Shown piece after piece: positions 17,804-27,731 of a stretch of DNA of 64,000 nucleotides (position 1 is the first letter of the stretch; each line of letters starts with the position of its first letter). The translations under genes were made by a program, and so were the position numbers. Under the pieces are notes generated by a model. The model was given only the letters and a program-made list of their open reading frames with translations, did not search any database and was not told the origin of the DNA. Source of the stretch: an uncultured Candidatus Saccharibacteria bacterium (GTDB lineage Bacteria > Patescibacteriota > Minisyncoccia > Phycocordibacterales > UBA9973); the NCBI GenBank assembly GCA_964639185.1, contig CAZXCN010000002.1:30409-94408 (forward strand), read 5' to 3'.

Positions 17804-18991
17804 TTATAAAGGTAATATTCGAGCCATAGCTATAGCCTCTACCATCAAGAATTGATCACAGGTGCCATCGCTAACTTTACACATATCTAATAATAAAGGC
17901 CCTTCGATGGTAATCACTCTAAATTTTTTATCAGTTACTATGTCTTGCGAGTAGTCACCGCTCTCTAGTACTTCTTTGAACCAAACTGTTGTATCATTAT
18001 CACCAACAAGAAAAACAAATGTTGGTAATGAAATTGATCTAGGTAATGAAAGTATTGCGTCTCGGAAAAGTTTTACCCATTCTGTATGTATATATTGTAA
18101 CACATCATCTACTTTTGCCTTCTCTTCGATTGTTAACATCTTTGTTGCATGCATTCGAAACAATGATCTTGATTCATCTTCAGATTTATTTAATTTACTA
18201 GACAAAGACCTTATGACAGAGTTTTTACCCATCGGAAATGACATCATGGCTGACAATACACCATTTGATACTATAGCTACATCAGTTATCTCGGCATTAA
18301 TGTCTATTAGTAGGTATGATGGTACTGTTATGTATCTATCGCGTGCTGCAATAAATAGTGATGATATAAATGAACCATAAGATATCTTTGTATTATGAAA
18401 TACTTTTTTCAAAGATCCTTCTATACCCTTTATGCAAGCTTCAGGGCTAATACTTATGAAAATATTGAGGTCGATAGAAGTGGCACGCTTACCTATTGGG
18501 TCGTCTACTCCATAACCATTCAGTGAACTGTGCAGTACTTTACCCTCTAGAAGTATAGGTTTTGTATAGGCACCTTCGTATTTTTTACTGTATTTATCTG
18601 AAACATTTTTTAACTCTTTTTGAATCATCTCATCTACTATTTTTTTGGTTATCATAAATGGAGTGCTCTTCTCTAGGTGTATAGTTCGTGTTTCGGATGT
18701 ATACCAAGGGGTATTTAGTGTGCAATATATTTCATCAGGAGCGCCTTTCTTCATGTCATATATTGTTTGTGCTGTTGTAACAAGCGTTTTTTGCATATCA
18801 TTAAAAAAAGTATCGAAATCTAACTCTTCTTTTAGATCTATATGTGTGCGAGCCTGAGTTATGATATGTGGCACCCAGAATCCATGTTGGTCTTTTGTGA
18901 AATTCACCAAAGAACCACCCACTGATCCAGAACCAATACCAAACATTGCTACTAGTTTATTTTCTTTTTTTGTATTCGAAAAAATTCCCAT
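17804..18991 (-). CDS. Putative actin-fold (ASKHA) ATPase-like protein, PilM/FtsA-like
   Basis: The N-terminal VAMFGIGSGSVGGSLV resembles a phosphate-1 loop. LLIDINAEITDVAIVSNGVL...FPMGKN resembles the FtsA/PilM second-domain motif. FVFLVGDNDT is adenosine-motif-like. The assignment is weak. Confidence 0.3.
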   Translation of the reverse strand: MGIFSNTKKENKLVAMFGIGSGSVGGSLVNFTKDQHGFWVPHIITQARTHIDLKEELDFDTFFNDMQKTLVTTAQTIYDMKKGAPDEIYCTLNTPWYTSETRTIHLEKSTPFMITKKIVDEMIQKELKNVSDKYSKKYEGAYTKPILLEGKVLHSSLNGYGVDDPIGKRATSIDLNIFISISPEACIKGIEGSLKKVFHNTKISYGSFISSLFIAARDRYITVPSYLLIDINAEITDVAIVSNGVLSAMMSFPMGKNSVIRSLSSKLNKSEDESRSLFRMHATKMLTIEEKAKVDDVLQYIHTEWVKLFRDAILSLPRSISLPTFVFLVGDNDTTVWFKEVLESGDYSQDIVTDKKFRVITIEGPLLLDMCKVSDGTCDQFLMVEAIAMARILPL

Positions 18992-19034
18992 GTAGTTCTA
19001 TTATACTACATAGGAATTTTTTGTGTAGATTATT

Positions 19035-20792
19035 TTATTCTAAAACTGCTTTTATTCTTCGCACACCAGCAGATACTGCTTCTTCTTTTTGAATTTTGAA
19101 ATGTCCAAGTTCTTTTGTGTTTGTAATATGAGGCCCTCCACAGAATTCTTTTGATACTACATTTCCATCTGTATCTTCTATGAAATAAATTGAGACAACC
19201 TCAGGATATTTTGCACCAAATTCCATCTCGGCACCCAGACTTTCGGCTTCAACAAGTGGCATTTCGCGCCTGATTACATTGAGGCCTTGTGATATATTTT
19301 CATTTACTAGGTCTTCCACCTTCTTTTTCTCTTCATCGGTCATCTTGCGGTCAAATATAAAGTCTATGCGTAGACGCTCTTCGGTAATATTACTACCACG
19401 CTGTTTAACACTCTTGCCCAATACCTCTTGCAGGCTTGCAAGTAATAGGTGGTGTGCAGTATGTAGCCTAATAGTCTTGTCATTATGATTAGCGAGGCCT
19501 CCTTTGAACATACCAGCGCTTGATGTTTGTGACAGCTTCTGGTGTTCTGCCATTTTTTTATTGAAATCTTCTTTATCTACTACTATCCCTTTTTCTTTAG
19601 CCAATTCTTCAGTTAACTCGATAGGAAATCCATATGTAGTAGCTAGAATAAATGGATCAGTACCCTTTTCGAATTCTTTCAGGCCATTTGTTAAAGTTTG
19701 ATTAAATTTCTGCTCTTCTGTTTTAAAAATAGAAACTATATCAATCTCGTTAATATTTGGATATATGGTTAAATAAAATTTAATATAATAATTAATCATA
19801 TCTTCTGCTGTGTTTTCTGTTAGTTTTAATTTATTTATATAAAAAACAGCACGACGAATCAAACGGCGCAAAACATAACCTTGGCTTTTATTAGCAGGAA
19901 TTACTCCCTCAGCAATAAGCATTGTTGATGCGCGCATATGGTCTACAATAATACGAGAAGATAGTTCATCGTATGCAGTACTATTTTGTCGGATCATATC
20001 CATTACTGGTTTTAGCATATCAGTATCATAAGCAGTATTTTTACCTTGCATAACAGCTGTTATACGCTCGAGTCCTGCACCAGTATCTACATTTTTCTGA
20101 GCTAATTTACCTATTACTTTGCCGTCCTTCTTCTCATACTCCATGAATACATCATTCCAGATCTCGATTATTCTTTCGTCTTGTACAGCTTTTATAAAAT
20201 CCTCTTTATTTAGGTCACCAATATTACCCACCATGTCGTAGAACATCTCACTACAAGGGCCACATGGGCCATTATCACCTGGGCTCCACCAATTGTCTTC
20301 TGCGGGTAATGCATAAATTCTATTTTCAGGAATTCCAACACTCATCCAAATATCTTTTGATTCTTGATCAAAGGGCGCATTTTCATCACCCGCAAATATA
20401 GTGACGTAAAGTCTTTTCACATCTAAGCCAAGTCCTTTGTTGCCATCTTCCTTGTCATCTCCATTAGTCAGGAATTCATAACTCCACTTGATAGCATCTT
20501 CTTTAAAATAATCTCCAAGTGACCAATTACCCATCATCTCAAAGAAAGAGAAGTGTCTATTATCCCCAATATCATCGAGGTCCCCAGTACGCACGCATTT
20601 CTGTATATCAGCAAGCCGGCTTCCCATTGGGTGCTTTTGACCCATTAGGTACGGTACCAAAGGTTGCATACCAGCAGTGTTGAATAATACTGAAGGGTCA
20701 TTTTCAGGTACGAGCGATGCTGAAGGCAGTATTTTATGCCCCCTCGCTTCAAAGAATTTTAAAAACCTTGTTCGTATTTCACTTGATTGCAT
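19035..20792 (-). CDS. alaS: Alanyl-tRNA synthetase, short form (catalytic and editing domains; no C-terminal C-Ala domain)
   Basis: The N-terminus has FLKFFEARGH...PENDPSVLFNTAGMQPLVPY. The editing domain has HTAHHLL...CGGPHITNT. Only 585 aa. Confidence 0.8.
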   Translation of the reverse strand: MQSSEIRTRFLKFFEARGHKILPSASLVPENDPSVLFNTAGMQPLVPYLMGQKHPMGSRLADIQKCVRTGDLDDIGDNRHFSFFEMMGNWSLGDYFKEDAIKWSYEFLTNGDDKEDGNKGLGLDVKRLYVTIFAGDENAPFDQESKDIWMSVGIPENRIYALPAEDNWWSPGDNGPCGPCSEMFYDMVGNIGDLNKEDFIKAVQDERIIEIWNDVFMEYEKKDGKVIGKLAQKNVDTGAGLERITAVMQGKNTAYDTDMLKPVMDMIRQNSTAYDELSSRIIVDHMRASTMLIAEGVIPANKSQGYVLRRLIRRAVFYINKLKLTENTAEDMINYYIKFYLTIYPNINEIDIVSIFKTEEQKFNQTLTNGLKEFEKGTDPFILATTYGFPIELTEELAKEKGIVVDKEDFNKKMAEHQKLSQTSSAGMFKGGLANHNDKTIRLHTAHHLLLASLQEVLGKSVKQRGSNITEERLRIDFIFDRKMTDEEKKKVEDLVNENISQGLNVIRREMPLVEAESLGAEMEFGAKYPEVVSIYFIEDTDGNVVSKEFCGGPHITNTKELGHFKIQKEEAVSAGVRRIKAVLE

Positions 20793-20903
20793 AAAACTAA
20801 TATATCAAATTCTACCTATTATTGCACCCCCTTTTATTTTTTATAAACAAAATATTTTTATATTACTTTACCCAAGATGAACGATCGTCGAAATTGGGTA
20901 AAG

Positions 20904-21968
20904 TTATAGAACGATTCCGCCTGCAAGGCATGTATCTCCATCGTAGATTACGACAGATTGGCCAGGGGCAAGAGCATTGTCTGGGTTGTTAAATTTTATT
21001 TTTAAAATATTATCTTTACTTTCTAAAATTTCTATATCTAAATTCTCCCCATGGTAACGAACTTGGGCAGTATAATTCTTCCCCACCTCTACTTCATCAC
21101 GAACAACAACTTTTTCTAAAGTTATAAATTCATTATTCATTTTATTTTGGTCTTTATTTTGCGAAACAGTAATAGTATTTTTCACAATATCTTTAGCTAT
21201 CACAAAATACGGTTTGTCATTTGGAGTCTTCTTTGTAATATTGAAGCCATGGCGTTCACCTAGTGTATACAATAATGCACCTTCATGAGTACCGATAATA
21301 TTACCATCAATATCCAAGACATCCCCCTCTTTATTTTCTATATAATGCTTTAGGAAATCCTTCATGTCTAATGGCCCTAGGAAGCAGACACCTTGACTGT
21401 CTTTCTTGTCTGCAACAGGTATATCGAATTTATTTGCCAACTTTCTAACTTCACTTTTCTCTAAATGCCCTATAGGGAATAATGTATGGGTCAAATCCTC
21501 CCTCGTTAAAGTCCAAAGGAAATATGATTGGTCTTTAGCCTTATCTGTGGAACGCAGTAAACCCATAAGATTCTGTGCATAATGCCCTGTAGCAATAAAG
21601 TCTGCGCCACGTTCTTTTGCAAACTGCCAGAATACTCCGAACTTTACTTCACGATTACACATAACATCGGGGTTTGGAGTGCGACCAGCCTTGTACTCAC
21701 TTATCATATAGTCAGCTACACCTTCTTTATACGCATTTTCTGCATCACATTCGAGATATGGCACATCTAAGTGTGCACATACACGCATAGCATCCCTGCG
21801 CTCGTCACGCCAAGTACATTCTATAAAGTCGGGTTGCCATGTACGAATAAAAACTCCGACAACATTGTATCCTTGTTTTTTCAGTAATGCCAAAGAAACC
21901 GAAGAATCCACTCCTCCGCTTACTCCGACAAATACGGTTATGTCACTCACTTTCTTCATATTTTTCAC
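20904..21968 (-). CDS. mnmA: tRNA-specific 2-thiouridylase MnmA
   Basis: PP-loop SGGVDSS. Cys-containing motifs are present (CNREVKFG, GVCFLGP). Confidence 0.85.
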   Translation of the reverse strand: MKNMKKVSDITVFVGVSGGVDSSVSLALLKKQGYNVVGVFIRTWQPDFIECTWRDERRDAMRVCAHLDVPYLECDAENAYKEGVADYMISEYKAGRTPNPDVMCNREVKFGVFWQFAKERGADFIATGHYAQNLMGLLRSTDKAKDQSYFLWTLTREDLTHTLFPIGHLEKSEVRKLANKFDIPVADKKDSQGVCFLGPLDMKDFLKHYIENKEGDVLDIDGNIIGTHEGALLYTLGERHGFNITKKTPNDKPYFVIAKDIVKNTITVSQNKDQNKMNNEFITLEKVVVRDEVEVGKNYTAQVRYHGENLDIEILESKDNILKIKFNNPDNALAPGQSVVIYDGDTCLAGGIVL

Positions 21969-22010
21969 TATATAATAAATATATACTAAAAGCTATGCTA
22001 GTATGTATAT

Positions 22011-22760
22011 ATGCATAAAATGTTTAAAATTTTTATAATATTTTTAATAATTCTTATATTTTTCTATTTTTATAATAATTACAAAGAATCAGATATTACG
22101 AATTTAGATATTACAGATACTGACACTCAATCAAAAACTTCAAATGTAGATTTATCAAAAAGTGATCATGTTGTAGAGATTAAAGGAGAGGTAAAAGATA
22201 TTATTAAATCAACTAATCCAAAAATGTTAGAAATATCAAATTACCTGAAAACAAATTATCCAAACATAAACATGGGTAATTCGTATATTGTTGTATCAGT
22301 CCCGAAACAAGAATTATATTTTATAAATAACAACAGTATTACAACTTATCCAATATCAACAGCAAAGCTTGGTGTAGGCAATATAATGAATAGCAACCAA
22401 ACACCACTTGGTCTACACAATATTTATAAAAAAATAGGTTCTGGTAGTGACATTGGTACAATAATAAAGGGTGGTGTAGTGACAAATAAAATCTCGCCCA
22501 TCATTACAGATCCAATATCGATAAATACTGATTTATTGATTACTCGTGTTATCCAATTAACAGGCAATGAAGTCGGTGTAAATAAAGGTGGAAAGGTAGA
22601 TAGCTTGGCTCGAGGTATTATGATACATGGCACACCTGAAGAAGGGCTTATAGGTACACCTGCAAGTCATGGGTGTATCCGCATGATAAACACAGACATC
22701 ATCAAGCTTTATAATGAAGTTTCAGTAAAAACAAAAGTTATTATAGAAGATAAATTCTAA
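22011..22760 (+). CDS. L,D-transpeptidase (YkuD domain) with N-terminal membrane anchor
   Basis: HGTPEEGLIGTPASHGCIRMINTD, the catalytic His/Cys signature. Confidence 0.7.
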   Translation: MHKMFKIFIIFLIILIFFYFYNNYKESDITNLDITDTDTQSKTSNVDLSKSDHVVEIKGEVKDIIKSTNPKMLEISNYLKTNYPNINMGNSYIVVSVPKQELYFINNNSITTYPISTAKLGVGNIMNSNQTPLGLHNIYKKIGSGSDIGTIIKGGVVTNKISPIITDPISINTDLLITRVIQLTGNEVGVNKGGKVDSLARGIMIHGTPEEGLIGTPASHGCIRMINTDIIKLYNEVSVKTKVIIEDKF

Positions 22761-22761
22761 A

Positions 22762-23631
22762 TTATTTATTACTAAACCAACGAGCAAATATTCCACAAGG
22801 CAACAATCTGTCCCCTTTGGATTCTGCTATTACAAGTTCGCCTATTTCAATACTTCCATTGTAATCCTTCATCATATCCTTGAGGGTATTCTCATAAGCT
22901 ATTGGTGAATATCCTGCAGTATAACCATTAATAAGAACAAATAGAGGCTCGTCACTCAAAACTTTTTGGCACAGATCCAAAAGTTCCATAAAATTCTCCT
23001 CAATTTTCCATAATTCATCTTTTGGTCCATGTCCAAATGCTGGTGGATCCATAATGATAGCATCATATTTATTGCCACGTTTTACTTCACGTCGTAGGAA
23101 CAAAATACAATCTTCTACAATCCAGCGTATTGGTTTGTCAGCCAAGCCTGAAAGCTCAGAATTTTCCCGAGCCCAAGATACTGCAACCTTAGATCCATCT
23201 ACATGCACAACTTCAGCACCGGCATTTGCGCATGCAAGACTTGCACCACCAGTATATGCAAATAGATTTAGAACTTTGGGCATATCTCTCTTTGAACCCT
23301 TGATCACTTTATCCATCCATTGCCAATTTGCCAATTGCTCAGGGAACAAACCTGTGTGTTTAAATGATGTAGGTCTAATAGCGAATACAAAGTCACCAAA
23401 TTCTATAGTCCACTTCTTTGGGACATTTGATTTTAATTTCCATTCGTTTCTTGTACCTCTACGAATAAATACAGCATCAGCATTGTTCCATGTATGAGTC
23501 GCTATATTTTGTTTCCACAAAGCCTCAGGGTCAGGTCTAGAAAATACAATATCTCCATAACGTTCGAGTTTATAACCCGAACCAGAATCTAGTAATTCAT
23601 AATCTTTGCTTGGTAATGTTTTTAATATCAT
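22762..23631 (-). CDS. Class I SAM-dependent rRNA methyltransferase, RlmI/YccW-like
   Basis: VLNLFAYTGGASLACA (SAM motif I) and IIMDPPAFG (the DPPxF motif of RlmI-family m5C methyltransferases). Confidence 0.55.
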   Translation of the reverse strand: MILKTLPSKDYELLDSGSGYKLERYGDIVFSRPDPEALWKQNIATHTWNNADAVFIRRGTRNEWKLKSNVPKKWTIEFGDFVFAIRPTSFKHTGLFPEQLANWQWMDKVIKGSKRDMPKVLNLFAYTGGASLACANAGAEVVHVDGSKVAVSWARENSELSGLADKPIRWIVEDCILFLRREVKRGNKYDAIIMDPPAFGHGPKDELWKIEENFMELLDLCQKVLSDEPLFVLINGYTAGYSPIAYENTLKDMMKDYNGSIEIGELVIAESKGDRLLPCGIFARWFSNK

Positions 23632-23645
23632 AATTTATATTAATT

Positions 23646-24194
23646 TTAAATTTCTACTAATTTTTCATAAAGTGTATGCAATGCTCGAGCATCGGCGAGT
23701 GCTGTATGCGCATTCTTGTTTTCTATTTTAAAATATTCACAAAGTGTCCGTAATGAATATTTATCAATGTCATCACGTCCGTGTAATTTTGCAAATGACA
23801 TAGTTATTGTATCGATACGCAAATAATGCATAGTATTCACAACAGAGGTAGCTTTAAATGCACGATCCAAAAACCCAGCATCGAAACACAAATTATGGGC
23901 TACCATGATGCAATCTTTGGTTTTGTCAGATAAAATTTGCATACCTTCTTTTAATGTATACGCCAACACCCAATCAATTGGATCATATTTATTTACACGC
24001 AATGACACAGGGTCAGCTGTTTCTATGTGATTGGGTTTTATCTTTATATCAAATTCATCAACAATCTTAAAAGTTGGTTTTGTTCCACTCCAATCTTGAT
24101 CCACAAGTACCACACCTATTTCAATAAGTTCATGTGTATCAGGATCAAAACCTGTTGTTTCTGTATCAATGAATGCTAAGCGATGTTTTCTCAT
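23646..24194 (-). CDS. DEDDh 3'-5' exonuclease, oligoribonuclease (Orn)-like
   Basis: FIDTETTGFDPDTHELIEIGVV (Exo I), HNLCFDAGFL (Exo II) and HTALADARAL (Exo III, H-x4-D). The 182-aa length is Orn-like. Confidence 0.6.
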   Translation of the reverse strand: MRKHRLAFIDTETTGFDPDTHELIEIGVVLVDQDWSGTKPTFKIVDEFDIKIKPNHIETADPVSLRVNKYDPIDWVLAYTLKEGMQILSDKTKDCIMVAHNLCFDAGFLDRAFKATSVVNTMHYLRIDTITMSFAKLHGRDDIDKYSLRTLCEYFKIENKNAHTALADARALHTLYEKLVEI

Positions 24195-25112
24195 TTATCT
24201 TAAATATCTATCTATGTTTTTCTTGTGCTCTGCAAATGTAACAGCCGTATGTATCATACCACTTTTGTCATGTAAGTAAAAAAAGTAATTATTTGTATCT
24301 GGATTCACAGTAGCCTCGATAGCGACCAGTCCTGAATTTGTAATAGGGCTATCTGGTAAACCTTTTGTTTTATAAGTCACAGGGGCAGCATCAGCTTGCA
24401 ATAACATACCCTTTTGCAACCTATTCCACAATATTCCAGATATTATATTAGCATCATCTTTACTATTTGCCTCCATCTGTACTATTGATGCCATTATTAT
24501 AATATCCTCTTTTGAGTAATCTTTATAACCTTTGGTTAATACTTTCTTTGTCTTTTTTGTAAATGTATTTTCTAAAATTGTTGCCATTTCTTCTACTGTT
24601 GTAAGTGGGTAAAAGAAATACGTATCTGGAAATAGATATCCTTGTTCTCCATCAATTCTTTGTAAAAATGCATCTTTATCGAAATTATTTATCTTATTGG
24701 AAAAAATATTGGCTATCTCTACATTGGTCTTTCCTTCAGGTATTGTAATTTTTATCGGTGATACATTATGGATACCTCTTGATAATCGATATCCGACTGT
24801 AGGTAGCCATATACCCTTTTCAAATTTATAGTCACCTATACTCATATTCTGATCTGAACCTAGAAAAGCTACTACCGATTGCAAAAATAATGGGGATTTT
24901 ACAACCCCTTTTATATACAATTCATTTGATATATCTCTGATCGACTGGCCTTGTGTTACGTGGATAGTCACATCTGAATCTCTTTTCGGAGCTATTAATA
25001 TAAATAGATAAATAAATATTAAAACAATAAATACCAAACCAAGAAAAACTAATAAATATTTAAAAGCATATTTATTAGTTTTTGTATTATTAAGTTCTAA
25101 GTTATCTTCCAT
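24195..25112 (-). CDS. mltG: Endolytic murein transglycosylase MltG (YceG-like)
   Basis: N-terminal TM helix and a YceG-like core: ASIVQMEANSKDDANIISGILWNRL...ADAAPVTY. Confidence 0.75.
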   Translation of the reverse strand: MEDNLELNNTKTNKYAFKYLLVFLGLVFIVLIFIYLFILIAPKRDSDVTIHVTQGQSIRDISNELYIKGVVKSPLFLQSVVAFLGSDQNMSIGDYKFEKGIWLPTVGYRLSRGIHNVSPIKITIPEGKTNVEIANIFSNKINNFDKDAFLQRIDGEQGYLFPDTYFFYPLTTVEEMATILENTFTKKTKKVLTKGYKDYSKEDIIIMASIVQMEANSKDDANIISGILWNRLQKGMLLQADAAPVTYKTKGLPDSPITNSGLVAIEATVNPDTNNYFFYLHDKSGMIHTAVTFAEHKKNIDRYLR

Positions 25113-25130
25113 TTATAATTTAATTGAATA

Positions 25131-26429
25131 TTAAGATGGCAAATTGGACGGTGGCTTTGATATCTTTGATTCTACACGCTTGAATGAAGGAGTTTCTGAA
25201 ACCATACCTGGAAAATGGAATAGAGTAGCTAATTCTTCAACACTTAGTACAAATATCTCCGGACGTCCAGATGGTAGGAACGATGAGAGCAATGCAGGAT
25301 ATTTAAATGAGTATTGTATTGGAGGATGGAACATAACACGTAAACGATAAAAGTCCACGTGGCGACGCTTGATCTTATTCAAAGCCAAGCCAGTAGGGTC
25401 AGACCATGGCGCATCGAACTGTGTAGAATTGAAACGTTCTAATTGATTACGATTGGGATACGCAAACTGTCGGAATATCAGACGAACTGAACGACGTAGA
25501 TTCATAAACTCGTCGAATGATACTAGATCCTTGTTCGCAAGTGTGACCACACGTATACCACAGTCAAAGTGAATCTGATTAATATGTCTAAATGTCTCTT
25601 TTACTAAATCCTTCAGTGGATCCGGAGTACGCATATCTTGACCAAAGTCATCTTTGTTATCGTTCTTTTGTGTACGAGTATATGGCTTCAATAATGTAGC
25701 TATTTCTTCCATAGCAGCCTCATAGATACTGATATGCTTACCTGTATGATGACTATGATATGTTTTAATATTTTGACGCACTATTATCTGTATCCAGACT
25801 TGCTCACCCGGCTTTAATGAACCTAAATATTCAATAGTAGGAGTAAGTGGGTCAATTTTAAATTCTTCTTTGACACCGGTCTTCATATCATCACCAAAGT
25901 CTTTGTATGTTTTAATTGGGTAGATATCGTGTCTCTCTTTTTTCCAGTCAGCACCCCAAGTGTTCCATTTGCCGTGTTTCGTAATACGAGGAACGTGGAA
26001 AACATAATCGTCCACCTCAAACACCTTTGCTTGTGGGTACTGTGCGTATATTTGTGTCTCCACCAAGTTACGCATACGTGATGGTGTACGAATAAAGAAG
26101 TGAACTCTACCATCGATAGATACCATTTCGCAAGAAAACCAGAACCAAGGTGCACCTTGGACGTATACTTCCCAAAAACCTTTCATACTTTTATGATAGA
26201 AAGCATTTGAAAATATCAATTCCATAGCAGCTGGGGTTTTATTTACATCACGAGGTACCATTATTTCAAGTAAAACCCATTTGATACCCATAATAAACCT
26301 CTCTTGTCTGTAGTGATGCCACACATGCAATGCAATAAATGCCAAAGGTATCGGCATTAAATAACCAATAATTTTTATTAAAACATTGAGTAAATTTATA
26401 TTATGTGACGACAAGAATTCAGTAAGCAT
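25131..26429 (-). CDS. Hypothetical membrane-anchored protein (N-terminal TM helix plus an ~380-aa soluble domain)
   Basis: TM segment LIKIIGYLMPIPLAFIALHVWHHY. No recognisable catalytic motif. Confidence 0.4.
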   Translation of the reverse strand: MLTEFLSSHNINLLNVLIKIIGYLMPIPLAFIALHVWHHYRQERFIMGIKWVLLEIMVPRDVNKTPAAMELIFSNAFYHKSMKGFWEVYVQGAPWFWFSCEMVSIDGRVHFFIRTPSRMRNLVETQIYAQYPQAKVFEVDDYVFHVPRITKHGKWNTWGADWKKERHDIYPIKTYKDFGDDMKTGVKEEFKIDPLTPTIEYLGSLKPGEQVWIQIIVRQNIKTYHSHHTGKHISIYEAAMEEIATLLKPYTRTQKNDNKDDFGQDMRTPDPLKDLVKETFRHINQIHFDCGIRVVTLANKDLVSFDEFMNLRRSVRLIFRQFAYPNRNQLERFNSTQFDAPWSDPTGLALNKIKRRHVDFYRLRVMFHPPIQYSFKYPALLSSFLPSGRPEIFVLSVEELATLFHFPGMVSETPSFKRVESKISKPPSNLPS

Positions 26430-26543
26430 AATTTTATTTTAAATAACCAATTAGAAAGCCTATGATTACTAGACCTAATATTATAATAATTAAATTAATA
26501 AAACCTTTCTGATGCATGACATATATTATATCACACACAAAAC

Positions 26544-26571
26544 AAAAATCCCTGACATATCAGGGATTTTT
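26544..26571 (-). terminator. Terminator after the sigma-r4/HARE-HTH gene
   Basis: aaaaatccctga catat cagggattttt. Confidence 0.65.
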
Positions 26572-26588
26572 GTTGAAATCTTTTTATA

Positions 26589-27620
26589 TTAAGCTTGCGT
26601 ATACAAACCTTGTTTATTTTTTTTGAAATATTTTGAATTTTGCAAATTTACAAGTATTGTATTCTTCTTTAGATAACGCTCTTTCATGACTGCCTCTACG
26701 ATATCATCTTTTGACATTGGTCCGTTTGCTTTCAATAAATCTTTTATTACCTCACGAACTACACCTGTCTTGTAACCCCATTCTTTTAGTGCATAGATAC
26801 CTCGACCAACAAGAACGAAGCGCTGATCCTTAATAAGTTCATTGTGGCAAGTAGCTGTATGTGTCTTTTTGCCAAATGTATCGCAGATAGATGTTGCAAC
26901 CTCACGGAAGTGCATAGGGCTACCATGCTTGCGCATCATAAGGAATGCATAATCTTTGATACCACGTGTTTTAATATTTGATGATGTTGATTTACCCCAT
27001 TCACCGAGTGGATTTTTACTCATTTTCTTACTGATAGACAACCAACGTCTTGCTACTTCTTCATTACGGTATTTATCAGAAATATTTTTTAGCTCATCTA
27101 GAAACTTCTTTACTAATTCACTTTCAGGAATTAATTCATCGTCACTTAGATTTGTATATAAATTCTTTAATGCATTGTGTATGTTCTCAGAGACAGAGTC
27201 ATCAACGCTCCAACGACTCTTGAAATGTTCATCTTCTTTACTCTTTGTAAAATCATCACCTAGTGTTAGGTAAAGGTGGATATGATTTTGAGTAGTTAGG
27301 TCTTTTGAGATATGACTCAACAGTTCTTCTTCACCAACTATAGCGCCCAAACTGTGCATTATTTCTTTGAGTTCTTCGAATACTTGTTTTTCAGCTTTAA
27401 ATGAATCAGATTTACGGATCAATGTTAGTGCTGAATTCTCTATCTGGCGAACACGTTCACGAGTAATACCGTACTTGCCACCAATAGCCTCGAGCGTCTT
27501 ACGCTCAGGTTCATTACCCAATCCAAATCTACTTATGATAACTTCATAAGAGCGCTCTGGAAGATTTGAGAGGATCTTTTTTGTAACTTGCTTTGGCTTA
27601 AATGTGACATTTGTTGGCAT
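26589..27620 (-). CDS. DNA-binding protein with N-terminal sigma-70 region-4-like HTH and C-terminal HARE-HTH-like domain
   Basis: The N-terminal LSNLPERSYEVIISRFGLGNEPERKTLEAIGGKYGITRERVRQIENSAL is sigma-70 region 4.2-like. The C-terminal GSPMHFREVATSICD...DQRFVLVGRGIYALKEWGY resembles the HARE-HTH found in RNA polymerase delta. Confidence 0.45.
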   Translation of the reverse strand: MPTNVTFKPKQVTKKILSNLPERSYEVIISRFGLGNEPERKTLEAIGGKYGITRERVRQIENSALTLIRKSDSFKAEKQVFEELKEIMHSLGAIVGEEELLSHISKDLTTQNHIHLYLTLGDDFTKSKEDEHFKSRWSVDDSVSENIHNALKNLYTNLSDDELIPESELVKKFLDELKNISDKYRNEEVARRWLSISKKMSKNPLGEWGKSTSSNIKTRGIKDYAFLMMRKHGSPMHFREVATSICDTFGKKTHTATCHNELIKDQRFVLVGRGIYALKEWGYKTGVVREVIKDLLKANGPMSKDDIVEAVMKERYLKKNTILVNLQNSKYFKKNKQGLYTQA

Positions 27621-27695
27621 TTGATTGTATATTTTTGTTTATAATAAAATCTAACTATGATTATAATATCATTACTATCTAATAAAGTCAACTAA

Positions 27696-27728
27696 TTTTT
27701 AAAGCCTTACGTTGTAAGGCTTTAAAAA
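27696..27728 (-). terminator. Terminator after typA
   Basis: tttttaaagccttac gttg taaggctttaaaaa. Confidence 0.65.
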
Positions 27729-27731
27729 TTA

